From: Chiloscyllium plagiosum
Taxonomy: Eukaryota
Reading direction: 5' to 3'
DNA length: 53,810 bases
NCBI RefSeq assembly: GCF_004010195.1
Contig: NC_057718.1
Span: 97,467,644-97,521,453, forward strand
Program-made: the position numbers and the translations under genes
The notes under the pieces: model-generated
Told to the model about the DNA's origin: nothing
The model's input: only the letters and a program-made list of their open reading frames with translations
Databases searched by the model: none
Shown: positions 12,348 through 25,579 of the stretch, piece by piece
Numbering within the stretch: the stretch's first letter is position 1
How the letters are laid out: each line of letters starts with the position of its first letter

Positions 12348-13138
12348 ACCCAGTCTCACCCCACTGAAACCAACCATTTCCTGTCTGACCAGCAGTCTTG
12401 GTAGCTCACCTCTATTTGACTCCCAGCAAACTTACATGTCTTTGACTTCCAGCTTCATCCTGTGAGTTTATGCAGTTTGTAGTTCGCTCTTTGTATTTAC
12501 CAGTTCCCAGTTTTGTACCAAAATGGTAAGCTGATCAACACCTGTGCTTTTAAACCTCAAAGGTTTGATTCCAGCCCCCAATTTACATGAAAGACAGACC
12601 AACAAAAAATAACAATTAAGGTATAAATAAAGAAACTGGCTGGCTTAGTTAAATAGCTTTGGCAATGCTTTGTTTCACTGGCATAAATGTGGACTCCTTG
12701 GCTGCTTTTCAGAAACATTGATCAGGGTCCCCTCAGTTTATTCAGCTAACGACAGCAATACTTCTTACTTGGTTTTCCTCTCTCTGGGCTTCCAGAAGCT
12801 GGTATCTGCAGGGAGCCTTCAAATCTTTGTGCTGTCTCAGAAGTAGCCCAGGAAACATAGTTCAAAATATAACTTCGATCCACCCTGATAGACTGATCAA
12901 CTCTGCCGAGGCCTCATTACCTTTAAACAACTATAACCTGTATGTACATAGGTCTCTTTCAGATTTGCCAGAACCAATTCCCAGGCTCTGACCTTGTTAA
13001 CAGCCAACTCCTGCGCTCTCTTTAAACACAGCGGTCTTCCCAGGGATTTGCTGTGTCTGTTAAAACCTTTTCAATCAAGATTCAGCCTGCAATTAGCTTC
13101 CCGGCCTGACCTCAGAAACAAATAAAGTTTATGTGGTT

Positions 13139-13240
13139 TGTTCTGAGGAATGGTCACTGGACCCAAAAAGTTAACTCTGATTTCTCTCCACAGATGCTGC
13201 CAGACCTGCTGAGCTTTTCTAGCAACGTCTGGTTTGGTCT
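13139..13240 (+). mobile_element. Family C Penelope terminal repeat
   Basis: gttctgaggaatggtcactggacccaaaaagttaactctg...gatgctgccagacctgctgag. Confidence 0.7.
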
Positions 13241-13456
13241 GTTCTTTTCCTTTAAACACAAGCTTTTCAAAAGTCCACAAGTCCTTTCCAGCTCAGAATT
13301 CAAAACTGACAAAAGATGAAAGATAATGAGATATCAGCAAGGGTTCTCACAAGATTCTCGTCATAATTCCCCAGTCCCCGCTGTCCCGTCTTGACACATA
13401 CACAAACAGTTAAAGCATTAGAACTTATCACTTTTAAATATTTTTTAATCAACCTG

Positions 13457-13985
13457 TTTAGAGATGTTTTAACATACCTCTGAATCAGGTGGGACTTGGA
13501 CCCAGGGTTCCTGGCTCAGAGGTAGGGCCACTACCACTGCACAAAAAGAGGCCTTTTCTTATTTAGCTTCTTGAAATTAACAATGAAGAGCTTCTGCCCG
13601 AAACGCCGACTCTCCTGCTCCTCGGATGCTGCCTGACCTGCTGTGCTTTTCCAGCACCACCCCTTTCAACTCGGACTATCCAGCATCTGCAGTCCTCACT
13701 TTCTCCTCCTTGAAATTAATACCCTTGGCTTGTTTCGTTGGTGCAGATTTGACATGAAGACTACACAACCCATTTTTAGTGTTACAGAGGATGCAGCTTA
13801 TAGCAATATCTGGTGAAGGATAAATGTTGAACAGCACCTTTCACTCAACCTCTCAATTGTGAGGGCCTTATAGATACATTCCCAATCAGCCTGTTCAGAG
13901 ATAAGTCACCCTGTGGAGCAGATGGGACTTGATCCAAAGCCTCTGGGCTCAGAGGTTGGAACACTACCATTGTACCACAACAGAG
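13457..13985 (-). mobile_element. Two short tRNA-derived SINE heads (13457-13550, 13895-13985) with a family A Penelope insert between them (13581-13708)
   Basis: Both heads read gggacttg..cc...ggctcagagg....cactacca.tg.ac. The insert is flanked by cttgaaattaa at 13570-13580 and 13709-13719. Confidence 0.7.
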
Positions 13986-14306
13986 AAGGCGTATATAAAT
14001 TAACGAACTAGCATTATCAATCAGTTCCATTACTGTCAGAAAGGCTGTCAGTAACCTTTCTGGTTCTTTGTCCCTATTTTCAGGTTCTTTTCAGCTTAGG
14101 CCTTCACCGTGATGCCCCAGAATAAACAGATGTGAAACTATTAAAGACTTTCAGGGAACAAAACTGTCCTAGTATAATCTGAACCAGAACGTACATTCAG
14201 CTTGCAATAATCAAACTCTTTTCTTTTCCTAAAATTGGGCTCAGGATTTAAGAGCTCATGTACATTTATGATTCATCATAAACTCTTTTAATTATAATGG
14301 TAGTGC

Positions 14307-14600
14307 TGCCACGGTGGCTCAGGGGTTAGCACTGCAGCCTCACAGCGCCAGGGTCCCAGGTTCGATTCTGGCCTCGGGTGACTGTCTGTGTGGAGTTTGC
14401 ACATTCTTCCCCTGTCTGTGTGGGTTTCCTCCGGGCGCTCCGGTTTCCTCCCACAGTCCAAAGATGTGCAGGTTAGGTGAATCGGCCATACTAAACTGCC
14501 CTTAGCGTTGGGTGCATTAGTCAGAGGGGAAATGGGTATGGGTGGATTATTCTTCGGAGGGTCAGTGTGGACTGGTTGGGCCCCACAATGTAGGGAATCT
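14307..14600 (+). mobile_element. HE1 V-SINE
   Basis: Near full-length, with intact A/B boxes (ggttcgattc). Confidence 0.88.
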
Positions 14601-14619
14601 AAAAAATAAATCCTGAGGA

Positions 14620-14960
14620 TGTGGGAGCATTTGTTGCCTGTTCCTGATTGCTCTGGAGGGGTTGGGGTGAACTGCAATGTTGAGCTACAGTCATGTGGGA
14701 CATCCACAGGTACTGTTGGGGAGGGAATTCCAGGCTTTGACCCAGCGACACTGAGGGAACAGCGATATATTTCCCAGTGAGGGTGGTACGTAGCTTAGAG
14801 GAGGAATTTGCAGACGTTGCCATATATCTGATGCCCTTGTCTTTCTAAGGGGTAAAAGTCATGAGTTTAAAAGATGCTATTGAAGGTGGCTAGGTGGGTT
14901 CCTGCAATATGTTTTGTAGATGCTATGTACTGTTGCTACTGTGCATCAGTGGAGGAGGGA
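14620..14960 (-). mobile_element. CR1-clade LINE (second family) 3' fragment
   Basis: Reverse complement of the 6700-7060 sequence (tgacccagcgacactgagggaacagcgatatatttcccagtgaggg). Confidence 0.65.
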
Positions 14961-15659
14961 GCTAATACTGTGCTGTGCTTCTCCTTTGCGTTGCATCTGT
15001 CTGGTTTTATCTGGTTTCCAGTGCACTGTATTCCTCCCACGTTCCAATTACACGTTTCTCTTACAAAAACAGCAGCTGAAGGACTATGACGCGAGAAAGC
15101 TAATGCACCACTCATGTCATTCTAATTGTTAGAGGATGGTTTGTTTACAAAACCTTTACACTGCATCTCACACAAAACACAATGAAAGTAGTTCAGAAAG
15201 TAGGTGCTCGACTGTGTGCACTTTCATGTCGCATTCTGCAAACAGTGGCATGTATTTTTTTAAAAAAAACTATCTTCTTGCAGGATTTCTAACTTTAAGG
15301 TATGTAGAATTACCGCACTTTCTATGTACGGACCTGACAAAGTTAAAACATTGAGCATGTTTGTGATCCATTCTGGTGATCAATTATCACATGAGTGTTT
15401 GCAAAGACGAGGTCAACTATAATCTGTTGTTTGAGGACGCTCTGCACATGTGAGGTAGTAAAGCAGAAGTTTCAATAAAGATTTCCCACGTAATGAAAGA
15501 AAACAGAAGAGCTAAGCTAAACTAAAACAAAGAATAGTGGATGTTGAAGATCTGAAACCAGTCAGAGGTCTGTGGAGAAACCCAGCAGGTCTCCCTGCAA
15601 GGAGAGAAACAGAGTTAATATTTCCAGTTCAGAACAGAATCTAAGCTTCCTGATCCTAA

Positions 15660-15992
15660 GGCCAGCACAGTGGCTCAGTGGTTAGCACTGCTGCCTCACA
15701 GTGGCAGGGAGCCGGGTTCAATTCTATCCTTAGGCAACTGTCTGTGTGGAGATTGTACATTTCCTCCGGGTGTTCCGGCTTCCTCCCACAATCCAAAAGA
15801 TGTGCAGGTTAGGTGTGTTAGTTGTGCCAAATTGCATATCATCCAGGGATATGCAGGTTAGGTAGATTAGCATGGGAAATGCAGGGTTACAAAGATGGAG
15901 TAAGGGTTTGGGTCTGGGTGAGATGCTCTTTGGAAGGTTAGTGTGGACCTGATGAGCCAAATGGCCTAGCTTCCACAGTATAGGGATTCTCT
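15660..15992 (+). mobile_element. HE1 V-SINE, preceded by a family C repeat at about 15535-15635
   Basis: Head, core and tail are recognisable. Confidence 0.85.
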
Positions 15993-16284
15993 GAAAGACA
16001 GCTATCTCTCTACGACATGAAGTCCCCCTCTCCACCCCCTCCAAAGTGTTAATACTCTTCCGTAAGTGCAGTGCCCAGGATTTTGAGGCTAGTTTAATAG
16101 CCAACCTATCAGTATTTTGACCAACTCCCAGAGAAGGTTTACATGCAGTTAGAAGTCAGGAAGGTAGTCTCCAAGATTCCTTCTCCAAACACTTCCCAAA
16201 AATGTCATCTCATCATCCGAGACACCAATCAAATCCATTGAACGATGTGAAATTGCTGACCATAGCTCATACCTCATCGATATG

Positions 16285-17108
16285 GGGGAGCAGCGGATAA
16301 TGAGGAGGATTGCAAGAGGATACAGCAGGATATAGATAGGTGGAGACTTGGGTTGAGAAATGGCAGATGGAGTTTAATCAGGACAAATATGAGTTGATCC
16401 ATTTTGGAAGACTGAATGAAGGAGGGAACTATGCAGCAAATGGCAGAATCTTTAGTACTATCAGCATAAAGAGGGATCTAGGCGTACACATCCATAGTTC
16501 CCTGAAAGTGGCAACACAAGTGGATAAGGTGGTCAAGAAGGTATACAGCATTTTGTCTTCATTGGTCAGGGCCTGGAGTGTAAAAATTGGCTAGTCATAT
16601 TGTAGCTGTAGAGACCTTTGGTTCGGCCACATTTGGAATATTCTGTACAGTTCTGGTCGCCACACTAGCAGAAGGATGTGGAGGCTTTGGAGAGGCTACA
16701 GAAATGGTTTTCCAGGATGTTGCCTGGCTTGCGGAGTACTAGCTGTGGGGAGAGATTGGAAAACTCAGTTTGTTTTCACTTGAACTTTGGAGGCTGAGGG
16801 TCAACCTGATAGACGTTTACAACATTATGAGAGGCACGGATGGAATGGATCGTGATACTCTCCTTCCCAGTGTAGAAATACCAGTCACTATGGAACATAG
16901 GTTGAAGGCAAAAGGAGAAATATTTAAAGGAGATGCAGTAGACAAGTTTTTTACACATGAGTGTAAGTGCCTGGAATGTTCTTCTAGACTCTGTAGAAGC
17001 AGATACAAGAGAAACGTTTAAGAGGTACCTTGACAGAAACACCAAGAGGCAGCAATAGAAGGATACAGACCCTATAGAGGCAAAAGGTTTTGGTTTGGAA
17101 AGGCATGT
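16285..17108 (+). mobile_element. CR1 LINE ORF2 3' fragment; its tail resumes at about 18463-18525
   Basis: ORF WVEKWQMEFNQDKYELIHFG...RDLGVHIHSSLKVATQVDKVVKK. Confidence 0.88.
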
Positions 17109-18265
17109 ATCATAGAGTCATGGAAACCGACCCTTTGGTCCAACTCGTCCATGCTGACCAGATATCCCAACCCAATCTAGTCCCACCTGCCAGCACCTGG
17201 CCCATATCCCTCCAAACCCTTCCTATTCATATACCCATCCAAATGCCTCTTAAATGTTGCAATTGTACCAGCCTCCTCCACATCCTCTGGCAGCTCATTC
17301 CATACACGTACCACTCTCTGCGTGAAAAAGTTGCCCCTTAGGTCTCTTTTATATCTTTCCCCTCTCACCTGACTCCCTGACCCCAAGGAAAAGACTTTGT
17401 CTATTTACCCTTTCCATGCCCCTCATAATTTTGTAAACCTATAAGGTCACCCCTCAGCCTCCCATGCTCCAGGGAAAACAGCCCCAGCCTGTTCAGCCTC
17501 TCCCNNNNNNNNNNNNNNNNNNNNNNNNNNNNNNNNNNNNNNNNNNNNNNNNNNNNCATGACCTCCCAACTCCTGTACTCAATACTCTGACCAATAAAGG
17601 AAAGCATACCAAACGCCTTCTTCACTATCCTATCTACCTGTGACTCCACTTCCAAGGAGCTATAAACCTGCACTCCAAGGTTCAGCAACACTCCCTAGAC
17701 ATTAACATTAAGTGTATAAGTCCTGCTGAGATTTGCTTTCCCAAAAAGCAGCACCTCGCATTTATCTGAATTAAACCATCTGTCACTTCTCAGCCCATTG
17801 GCCCATCTGGTCCATATCCTGTTGTAATCTGAGGTAACCCTCGTTGGTGTCCACAATACCTCCAATTTTGGTGTCATCTGCAAACTTACTAACTGTCTTA
17901 TGCTCGCATCCAAATCATTTATGTAAATGACAAAAAGTAGAAGACCCAGCACCGATCCTTGTGGCACTCCACTGGTCACAGGCCTCCAGTCTGAAAAACA
18001 ATCCTTCACCACCACCCTCTGTCTTCTACCTTTGAGCCAGTTTTGTATCCAAATGGCTAGTTCTCCCTGTATTCCATGAGATCTAACCTTGCTTATCAGT
18101 CTCCCATGGGGAATCTTGTCGAACGCCTTACTGAAGTCCATATAGATCACATTTCTGCTCTGCCCTCATCAATCTTCTTGGTTACTTCTTCAAAAAACTC
18201 AGTCAAGTTTGTGAGACATGATTTCCCATGCACAAAGCCATGTTGCCTATCCCTAATCAGTCCTT
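17109..18265 (-). mobile_element. CR1 LINE with reverse-transcriptase remnant, nested in the previous element; N gap at 17505-17556
   Basis: ORF 17695-18150: YMDFSKAFDKIPHGRL...SGVPQGSVLG..LFVIYINDLD. Confidence 0.92.
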
Positions 18266-18462
18266 CAGTGAAGTTTAGATCAGAGTTGGTGCTGGAAAAG
18301 CACAGCAGGTCAGGCAGCATCCGAGAAGCAGGAAAATTGATGTTTCGGGCAAAAGCCCTTCATCAGGAATAGAGGCAGGAAGTCTCCAGGGTGGAGAGAT
18401 AAATGGGCCCCCACTCTGATCTAAACTTTGGTTTCCAGCATCTGCAGTCCTCACTTTTGCCT
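18266..18462. mobile_element. Family A Penelope fold-back
   Basis: Inverted aagtttagatcagagt / actctgatctaaactt. Minus-strand core ctgatgaagggcttttgcccgaaac. Confidence 0.8.
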
Positions 18463-18980
18463 ATGTGCCAGTGCAGACTTGGTGGGCCAAAGGGCCTGCC
18501 CCCCTGTACTGTACCACTCTTTCTACTTTAATTGGATCAGAAAAGGTTTGTACTTCTTTACCTCAGTCTAAGTACTGTTTTAATAGCTCTCTGAGCCATA
18601 GCTATTGCCAAACAGCCTGAACTGCAGCTAAAATAAACTTTTTCAAGTGCGGATTCCATTTACTTCAGATATTATTTATTGTTGCTGATGTAGAAAACTG
18701 ATCTTTTTCCATTCATTTTTTTTCCTCTTCTACTTAATCCAGTCTTATTTTCCTGTACCTCATTTAACGTCAAAGCCAGCATTCCGTCTGACATGCCAGC
18801 AGTGAATTCAAAGCTTATGCACAGGAGAATGTGTAAATTGTTGTGGTCAGTTGAATTTTGTCCTGATGATTGCAAGGTGAAAACGTTTTGCAACATTTCT
18901 GGATTTCCAGCAACATTCAAGATCTATACTACCAAGTGGCTGTTTAGCATCTCTTTCTTCCTTTTACACGCCATCTGTTG

Positions 18981-19282
18981 AAACTTTATTGCTGGAACAG
19001 CGCAGCAGGTCAGGCAGCATCCAGGGAACAGGAGATTCGACCTATCACCCTCACCTTGTCCTCTTTCCACCTATCACATTTCCAACGCCCCTCCTCCAAG
19101 TCCCTCCTCCCTACCTTTTATCTTCTCCTGCTGAACACTCTCTGCTCATTCCTGAAGAAGGGCCTGTGCCCAAAACGTCGAATCTCCTGTTCCCTGGATG
19201 CTGCCTGACCTGCTGTGTGTTCCAGCAATAAAGTTTCAACTTTGATCTCCAGCATCTGCAGACCTCACTTTCTCCTCGAAGA
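18981..19282 (+). mobile_element. Family A Penelope fold-back with 18-bp TSD
   Basis: tttacacgccatctgttg at 18963-18980 and 19283-19300. Arms about 18977-19041 and 19177-19240. Confidence 0.88.
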
Positions 19283-20165
19283 TTTACACGCCATCTGTTG
19301 TCTTTCAGGAAGCATTATCAATTTGCCTTGCTGCTTCCATAGATTTGTGTGCAAAAGCCCTCAGGGTCTTTCTGTTCCAGGATCCACTTTGGAATTCTTA
19401 TAATTAGGTTGTGATGTTTTTCCCCTCATTCTTGCTGTCAACATGTATCTCTGCTATTGGGAAGGAGAACAATTGCAACAGAACACAGGCTACATTTCCT
19501 TAATGGGGCAAGATTGTAACTGAGTGACGTCATTATTTTTGTTTGTCCATGAGATGGGGTCACCGATTTATCACCGACCTTTACTTGAGTTTGAGAAGAC
19601 GGTGTTGAGCCATTCCTCTTGAACCGCCGTGGTGCATGTGATGTAGGTACACCCAGAGTGTCACTAGTTTCAGGAAGTTGATTCTGCGCCATTAACGGTC
19701 CGGTTACACCTCCGCGTCAGGCGGATCTGTGTCTTGGAGGGGAATCTTGCAAGGGTTGGCAATTCCCATGCCTCTTCTCTCCTTGTTCTTCCAGATGGCA
19801 GAGGTCAGGAGTTTGGAAGATAATTTGAAGGAATCTGGCTTTCATGCTCACTGCTGCCAAAATGATTGAATGGTGAATGCCATGGATGGGTGCCAGTCAA
19901 ATGGGCTGGTTTATCTTGGATGGCGTCAAGCTTATTGAGTGTTGCTGAACAGACTTTGTGGTAGTCTCTCTCTCTCTCTCTCTAGCTGTCTGTCTCTCTC
20001 TTTGTGTTCTTATTTTCTGAGTGTCATTTACAATCGGCCAATAATATTGTGATTATAAATCGTGCAAGTGGAAATGGCAAAGTCCAAGATCCAAATATGG
20101 CAATTGAAACTGAATTGCCTGTGTTTTTAAGTGCCACGTTCTCCCCCAGTGAGTTCACTGGCCTT

Positions 20166-20286
20166 GAAAGCAAAAAATGCTGGAGGTCACAACGGGTCAG
20201 GCAGCATTCAGGGAGAGAAAGCAAGCTAATGGTTTGAGTCAAGATGACTCTTCGTCAGAGCGTCTGCAGTAGTTTGCTCCTACATG
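20166..20286 (-). mobile_element. Family D Penelope repeat with 15-bp TSD
   Basis: gagttcactggcctt at 20151-20165 and 20287-20301. Confidence 0.8.
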
Positions 20287-20669
20287 GAGTTCACTGGCCT
20301 TACTGGGGAATCAAAACTATTGTATAATGAGAAGGGGTATGGTAATGAGATGGTGGTGTGTGCCTTAATTTACCAGTGACACCAGCAGTCATGTGCAGGA
20401 GTGTGTGAAGAAAGGATAGGTTAGTCTATACATGTGAGAAATGCACTCACAGAAAATTGTGTATAAAGTGTGAAAGAGTTTGCAGAAGCCTAATTGTGTC
20501 AGACACCAGTCACACATATGTCAGGGGAAAACCAATATAGTACAACGGGGACAAGGATAGCTGTCTGTTTAATGTGCGGAATACAACTCTGAGCTACCAG
20601 CCTCCATGCCGCACAAACCAAAGCACTACATTATTACACCATCCACTCAGTGGTACTCTTTTAGAGAAT

Positions 20670-20881
20670 AAAGTGAGGTCTGCAGATGCTGGAGATCAGA
20701 GCTGGAAATGTGTTGCTGGAAAAGCGCAGCAGGTCAGGCAGCATCCAGGGAACAGGAGAATCGACGTTTCGGGCATAAGCCCTTCTTCAGGAAGAAGGGC
20801 TTATGCCTGAAACGTCGATTCTCCTGTTCCCTGGATGCTGCCTGACCTGCTGCGCTTTTCCAGCAACACATTTCCAGCTCT
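20670..20881. mobile_element. Family A Penelope fold-back, near-perfect 91-bp-arm palindrome
   Basis: Arms 20698-20788 and 20791-20881. Direct repeat ctcttttagagaat at 20656-20669 and 20878-20891. Confidence 0.9.
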
Positions 20882-22524
20882 TTTAGAGAATGCCATTCAA
20901 GCAAGTTCATGCTTAATATTGTCACCTTCAACAGTTGGTTAGAAACATCGAGCTTTCCCAGGTAACCTGAGACCTAGGGACCCATGAAAGGTGCAAAACT
21001 GATAACATGGCAGGATAAGGTCAAACCAAGGAGGTGAGCCACAAATACAGTTCTGTCAAGTTCGATGGAGGCTTTCAAATTCCAAGCAGATCTTAAAAGA
21101 TAATGAAACGTAATGGATCAACCCACAAGTTCAAACATGGCAGGAACAGTTTGAAGATTTGTATTTGATGAAGGTCCCATCAAAAGAATAATTGATTGCT
21201 GATGCCAAATAAGCCATCGTTGGGGAAGGACAGAAGGACACCTGATAATGCTGGAATTCAGGAAGAGAGCAGACAGGAGGGTACACTTGATCATGTTGGT
21301 CAATGGCCTCTGTAAACATTCGAACCAGAGGACAAGGGCAGATGCTATGTCTGATTCTGGACCTACTTGTGGATTCTGCTGATGGTTGCTCAGTTAGATT
21401 TGATCTCAAAATCAAAGGCACGCAGAGACATAAGATATCAACACAGCTGTACAGCATTTCAGAACAGCAACATTAGAGTTGGCTCCAGGATGACGTTGCA
21501 GAGAGGCTAACAAAGGAAGCAGATCTTGAAAGCAAAATGACCAAGGAAGAAAGTTTTTAAAGATATATACTTAGGGCATTTGGAAGACAGGAATGTGCCA
21601 CGTTCTTCATGCTGAGCTGAAAGCAGATTTTGTTTGGCATTCTGGACTTAGGTTCAAAATCAAGCGGAAATTGTGAGGGTTAAGAAAGGTCCTTTCACAC
21701 TATTATCAGGCTTATCCAGGAGTTGCAAAGTAAAACAAGTCTAAAAAGCCTGCTTTTGAGAACTTGCCAATCCCTTTCGGGACTTTTGTTGAAGACAAAT
21801 TCTGCCTGAAATGTGTTAGTTTTCCTCTGGGAATGAGGTTGTTCTCAGGAAGTTGGTTTGCACCTTCAGCGATAAGTCAGCACTTGGAGCTATTGAAAAT
21901 CTTTCCAAAAGTTCGAGCACATATGGCGTTTCATGCTGCATTCAGATTTCATTCACATAGTTACTCACAGTACCTGATGTAACTGCAGATAGCAACAGTG
22001 CCAATTTTGTCTTTCTGTAACTAACTCTCATTTATAAAAACAAATCCGAGGAAGTGAATTCTATCCTCGCATCTTAGAGCCAGAATTCCTCTGAAGATGT
22101 GGCTGTCAATGAATCACAATTGAGGCAACAGTTGTGCGAAATAGTTCTTCAGACTATTGTCTTTATTAATAATGGGAAACCGTGTTATGAGACAAGCCTG
22201 TGGAACTGAAATGAGAAGATCAATGCAGATAACCCTGAAGCTGTCATCTCTCTGCTCTCAGGCACTTCTACAGAGATATTATCAACACAGAAGACACGTT
22301 CATTAACTGACTCATCGTAACAATATGTTCAGACTCTCAAAATTGCGAGCCGTGGCAGGATACAAAATTTCAAAAAATGTGGAGGACAATTTGTTCCCAT
22401 CAGAGGCACTGAACTAATTATGCTAATTCAGAATGGAATGTCTGTGCACTTTGAAGTAATAGAGAGAGAAATAAAATATGGTGAAGGGAGATGATAAAGA
22501 ATAACTCAGTCTTCAGTTCTTTTT

Positions 22525-23260
22525 TTATTTATTCAGAGAATCAGCTGTACTGGCTGGGCCAGGATTTATTACCTGTCTCTAATTGCCCTTGAGATGGTGA
22601 CAGGAAGTTGCCACCAGTGCAGTTACTTTCATGTAGATACATTCATGGATATTTGACCCAGTGACACTGAAGGAACGGCGATGTATTTCCAAATCAGGAT
22701 GGAGACTGGCTTGAAGGGGAGCTTGCAGGGGGTGGTGTATCTGCTGCCCCAATGGTAGTGGGCATTGGGTTTAGAAGGTGCTGTCTAAAGAAACTTGGTG
22801 AATTCCTGCAGTGCATCTAGTGGCTGCTACACACTACCGCTACAGGATGAAGGCTAGACTACCATTTATTGCCCATCCCTAATTGCCTTGAGGGCAGATA
22901 AGAATCAATAATGTTGCTGTGGGTCTGGACTCACATATAAGCCAGACCAGGTAAGGATGGCAGTTTCCTTCCTTAAAAGGCATCAGTGAACCAGATGGGC
23001 TTTTCCAATAGGCAATGGATACATGGTCATCATTAACTCTTAATTCCAGATTTTAAAAAAAAGAATTCAAATTCCATCATAGCAGGATCTGAACCTGGGT
23101 CCCCAGGATATTGTCCGAGTCTCAGGATTAACAATATCACTAGGCCATCGAGCAATAATATCACTAGGTAATCGCCTCCTCCACCCCACCATGGGAGATG
23201 TTTGTGAATGTGGTACCAATCAAGCAGGCTGCTTTGTCTTGGCTGGTGTAGGCTTCTTCA
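22525..23260 (-). mobile_element. CR1-clade LINE fragment with nested tRNA-SINE (about 22850-23182)
   Basis: LINE 3' end as at 14620. The SINE shares the same 3' tail (catttattgcccatccctaattgcc). Confidence 0.7.
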
Positions 23261-23644
23261 AGGATCTTTAAGCAGTACAATGCTATCGGTTTTGGTGTTG
23301 TGTTTCAGGAAAGGCATGTGCCTGTGATGACCCGTGTAATGGTAGCGAGGAAGAGCAGATACCAGCTACAAGGTAAAAAGGCAAATCCTCTACCTGATGT
23401 ATTCATGCAGTGAAGATGGGAAAACTACAGGCTACCAATGAGGGTTCTTAGCTGAAGGAGAGAGTTTGCATCTGAGCAGATACCAAGGATGTATGAAAGA
23501 AGCCCTACTGGCTCCGCTAATTTTGAGTGAATAATTGAACATCTGGTCCCCATGTGCCTCAGCTAGTGAAATTGGTTCGCTGGAGAAATAGGAAAATGAC
23601 AAACATTGTGATGTTTTGTGGTTCGTTAACTTCTGATTTGCTTT

Positions 23645-24100
23645 GACTTGATTTGTTACTGTCACGTTTACCTGGGTACAGTGAAAAGTTTTGTTTTGCG
23701 TGCAATACAGGCAGATCATACCATACAAAGTGCATTAGGAGCATGGAACAGAGCGAGGAATACAGTGTTGCAGCTGCAGAGAAGGTGCATAGACAGCGAG
23801 ATCAACATTAAATTTGAAATTTAGAAGTCCAGTCAGAAGTCTAATAACAGTGGGGAAGAAGCTGTTCATGAATCTGTTAGTGCGTGAATAAAAACTTTTA
23901 TATCTTCTGCCCAATAGAAGAGGGTGGAAGAGAGTACACCCAGGGTGGGAGGAGTCTTTGATGATGTTGGCTACTTTCCCGAGGCTGTAGGATGGAGTCA
24001 ATGGATGGAAAGCTGGTTTGGGTGACGGACTGGGCTGTGTTCACCACTCTCTGTAGTTTCTCGTGGTCTTGGGAAGAACAGTTGCCAAACCTGACGTGCA
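23645..24100 (-). mobile_element. Rex1/Babar-type LINE 3' fragment
   Basis: Minus ORFs CSSQDHEKLQRVVNTAQSVT and KVANIIKDSSHPGCTLFHPLLLGRRYKS..RTNRFMNSFFP. Confidence 0.75.
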
Positions 24101-24894
24101 TTCTAGAACGTTCTACTGAGCAAACAACTGACATAAGGCGTCATCAGAAGGAGTTTTGCCACAGACTGGATAAACCACAAAATCTAACTTAAATAATTGG
24201 AGCGAAAGAGGGAAATATGGACTGATGTCCCAATGCAAAGGTGTCACAGGCTTGAACTTAGATGAGCCAGAAACCTACATCCACAGTATTGGATGTCTCT
24301 ATGGTAAAATAATTTCATTGGGACAAAATTGACCTAAAGCTGCCAATAATTTCCTGCGCTTTAATTGCAATTAATTTTATCATTCTGCTTAGACTTCACG
24401 CCAATTATCCAATTGTTCCAGCTTTTTACTTCATACATACGCTAGAGTTTGTCTGTTCAGAGGGAGTGGCTACTAAAATTCCTCATTCAGCCTCTGAGAA
24501 TAGTGTGATTCTCATCTCAGTGTCTTTCCCTGATCGAAGCAATTTCACTCATCCTTTTCCAATAACGTAAGGGGGGTGCTGGGCCTCGAACTCTCTCAGG
24601 TAATGGAATCAGAAGGGAACCCAAAGTAAGCGGTCATATTGTCAATATCGTCAGGATCTTCAGCTCACTCGTGCAAGGTACATCCCCAGAAATTTGCCCA
24701 ATCACTGCTCCCTCCGGAAGTCCACCATGGCACTGTGTACTATCAACAAGATGCACTGCAGTGGGTCACCATAGACAACACCTTGCGATTCTACCACCAC
24801 CCTGTGGAACAAGTGCAGCAGTCAACACACACAAGATGCTGGAGCAAAGAACTCAGCATATCTAGTCGCATCTGTGGAGTGAGAAACCTCATTC

Positions 24895-25165
24895 ATCCAT
24901 AGGAGCAGATTTAGGCCATTCAGCCAATCAAGTCTGCTCTGCCACTCAATTAGATCATGGCGGAACTGATCATACTCAAATGCACCTTCCTCCTTTATCC
25001 CCTTTTCCCCTTCCTGATTAAAAATCTATTCCAATTCTCTTAACCAGGTTTCTACAGCCCTCTGAAGTAAAGAACTCCACACATTCATTACTGTCTGAGA
25101 GAGGAATGTCCTCCTCAGCCCTTTCTGAAATGGGTGACCTCTCATTCTGAAATTGTGCCCTCTAA
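24895..25165 (-). mobile_element. CR1 LINE 3' fragment
   Basis: ataggagcagatttaggccattcagcc...tagatcatggc tail. Confidence 0.65.
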
Positions 25166-25579
25166 ACCTAACACCACCCGTATCTTTCACCATCTTCCTC
25201 AGTCATCATCGCTCATTTGAGCAGGTCTGTCCACTGTTTTACTTGCTCCTCACTCTACAACCCAAACAGATTCAAATCATTCATTGGTGAGTTGCCCTTC
25301 CCTCTTGCTGTTTTTGCTTTGCGAGTGCTCTTGTTCAGAAACTGAAATAGATTGACCCAGTTCCACCCTAGCACCATGCCACCCATTCAGAAAGAAATGT
25401 GATTTGCAAAGGTCTGGGTGGGATGTTCTTCAGAAGGTTGGTGAAGGCTTGATGGGCTGAATGGCCTGCTTCCACATTGTAGAGATTCTAGGTTTGCTAA
25501 GATAGACAAAGAAAATCTCGCATTTCTAATGTTACAAGAATCAGGGGGGATACAAATTTAAATTTTTGAGCCAGAAATG

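Noticed and set aside
17695..18150. Active reverse transcriptase gene
   Set aside because: 5'-truncated, frameshifted CR1 remnant with no endonuclease domain.
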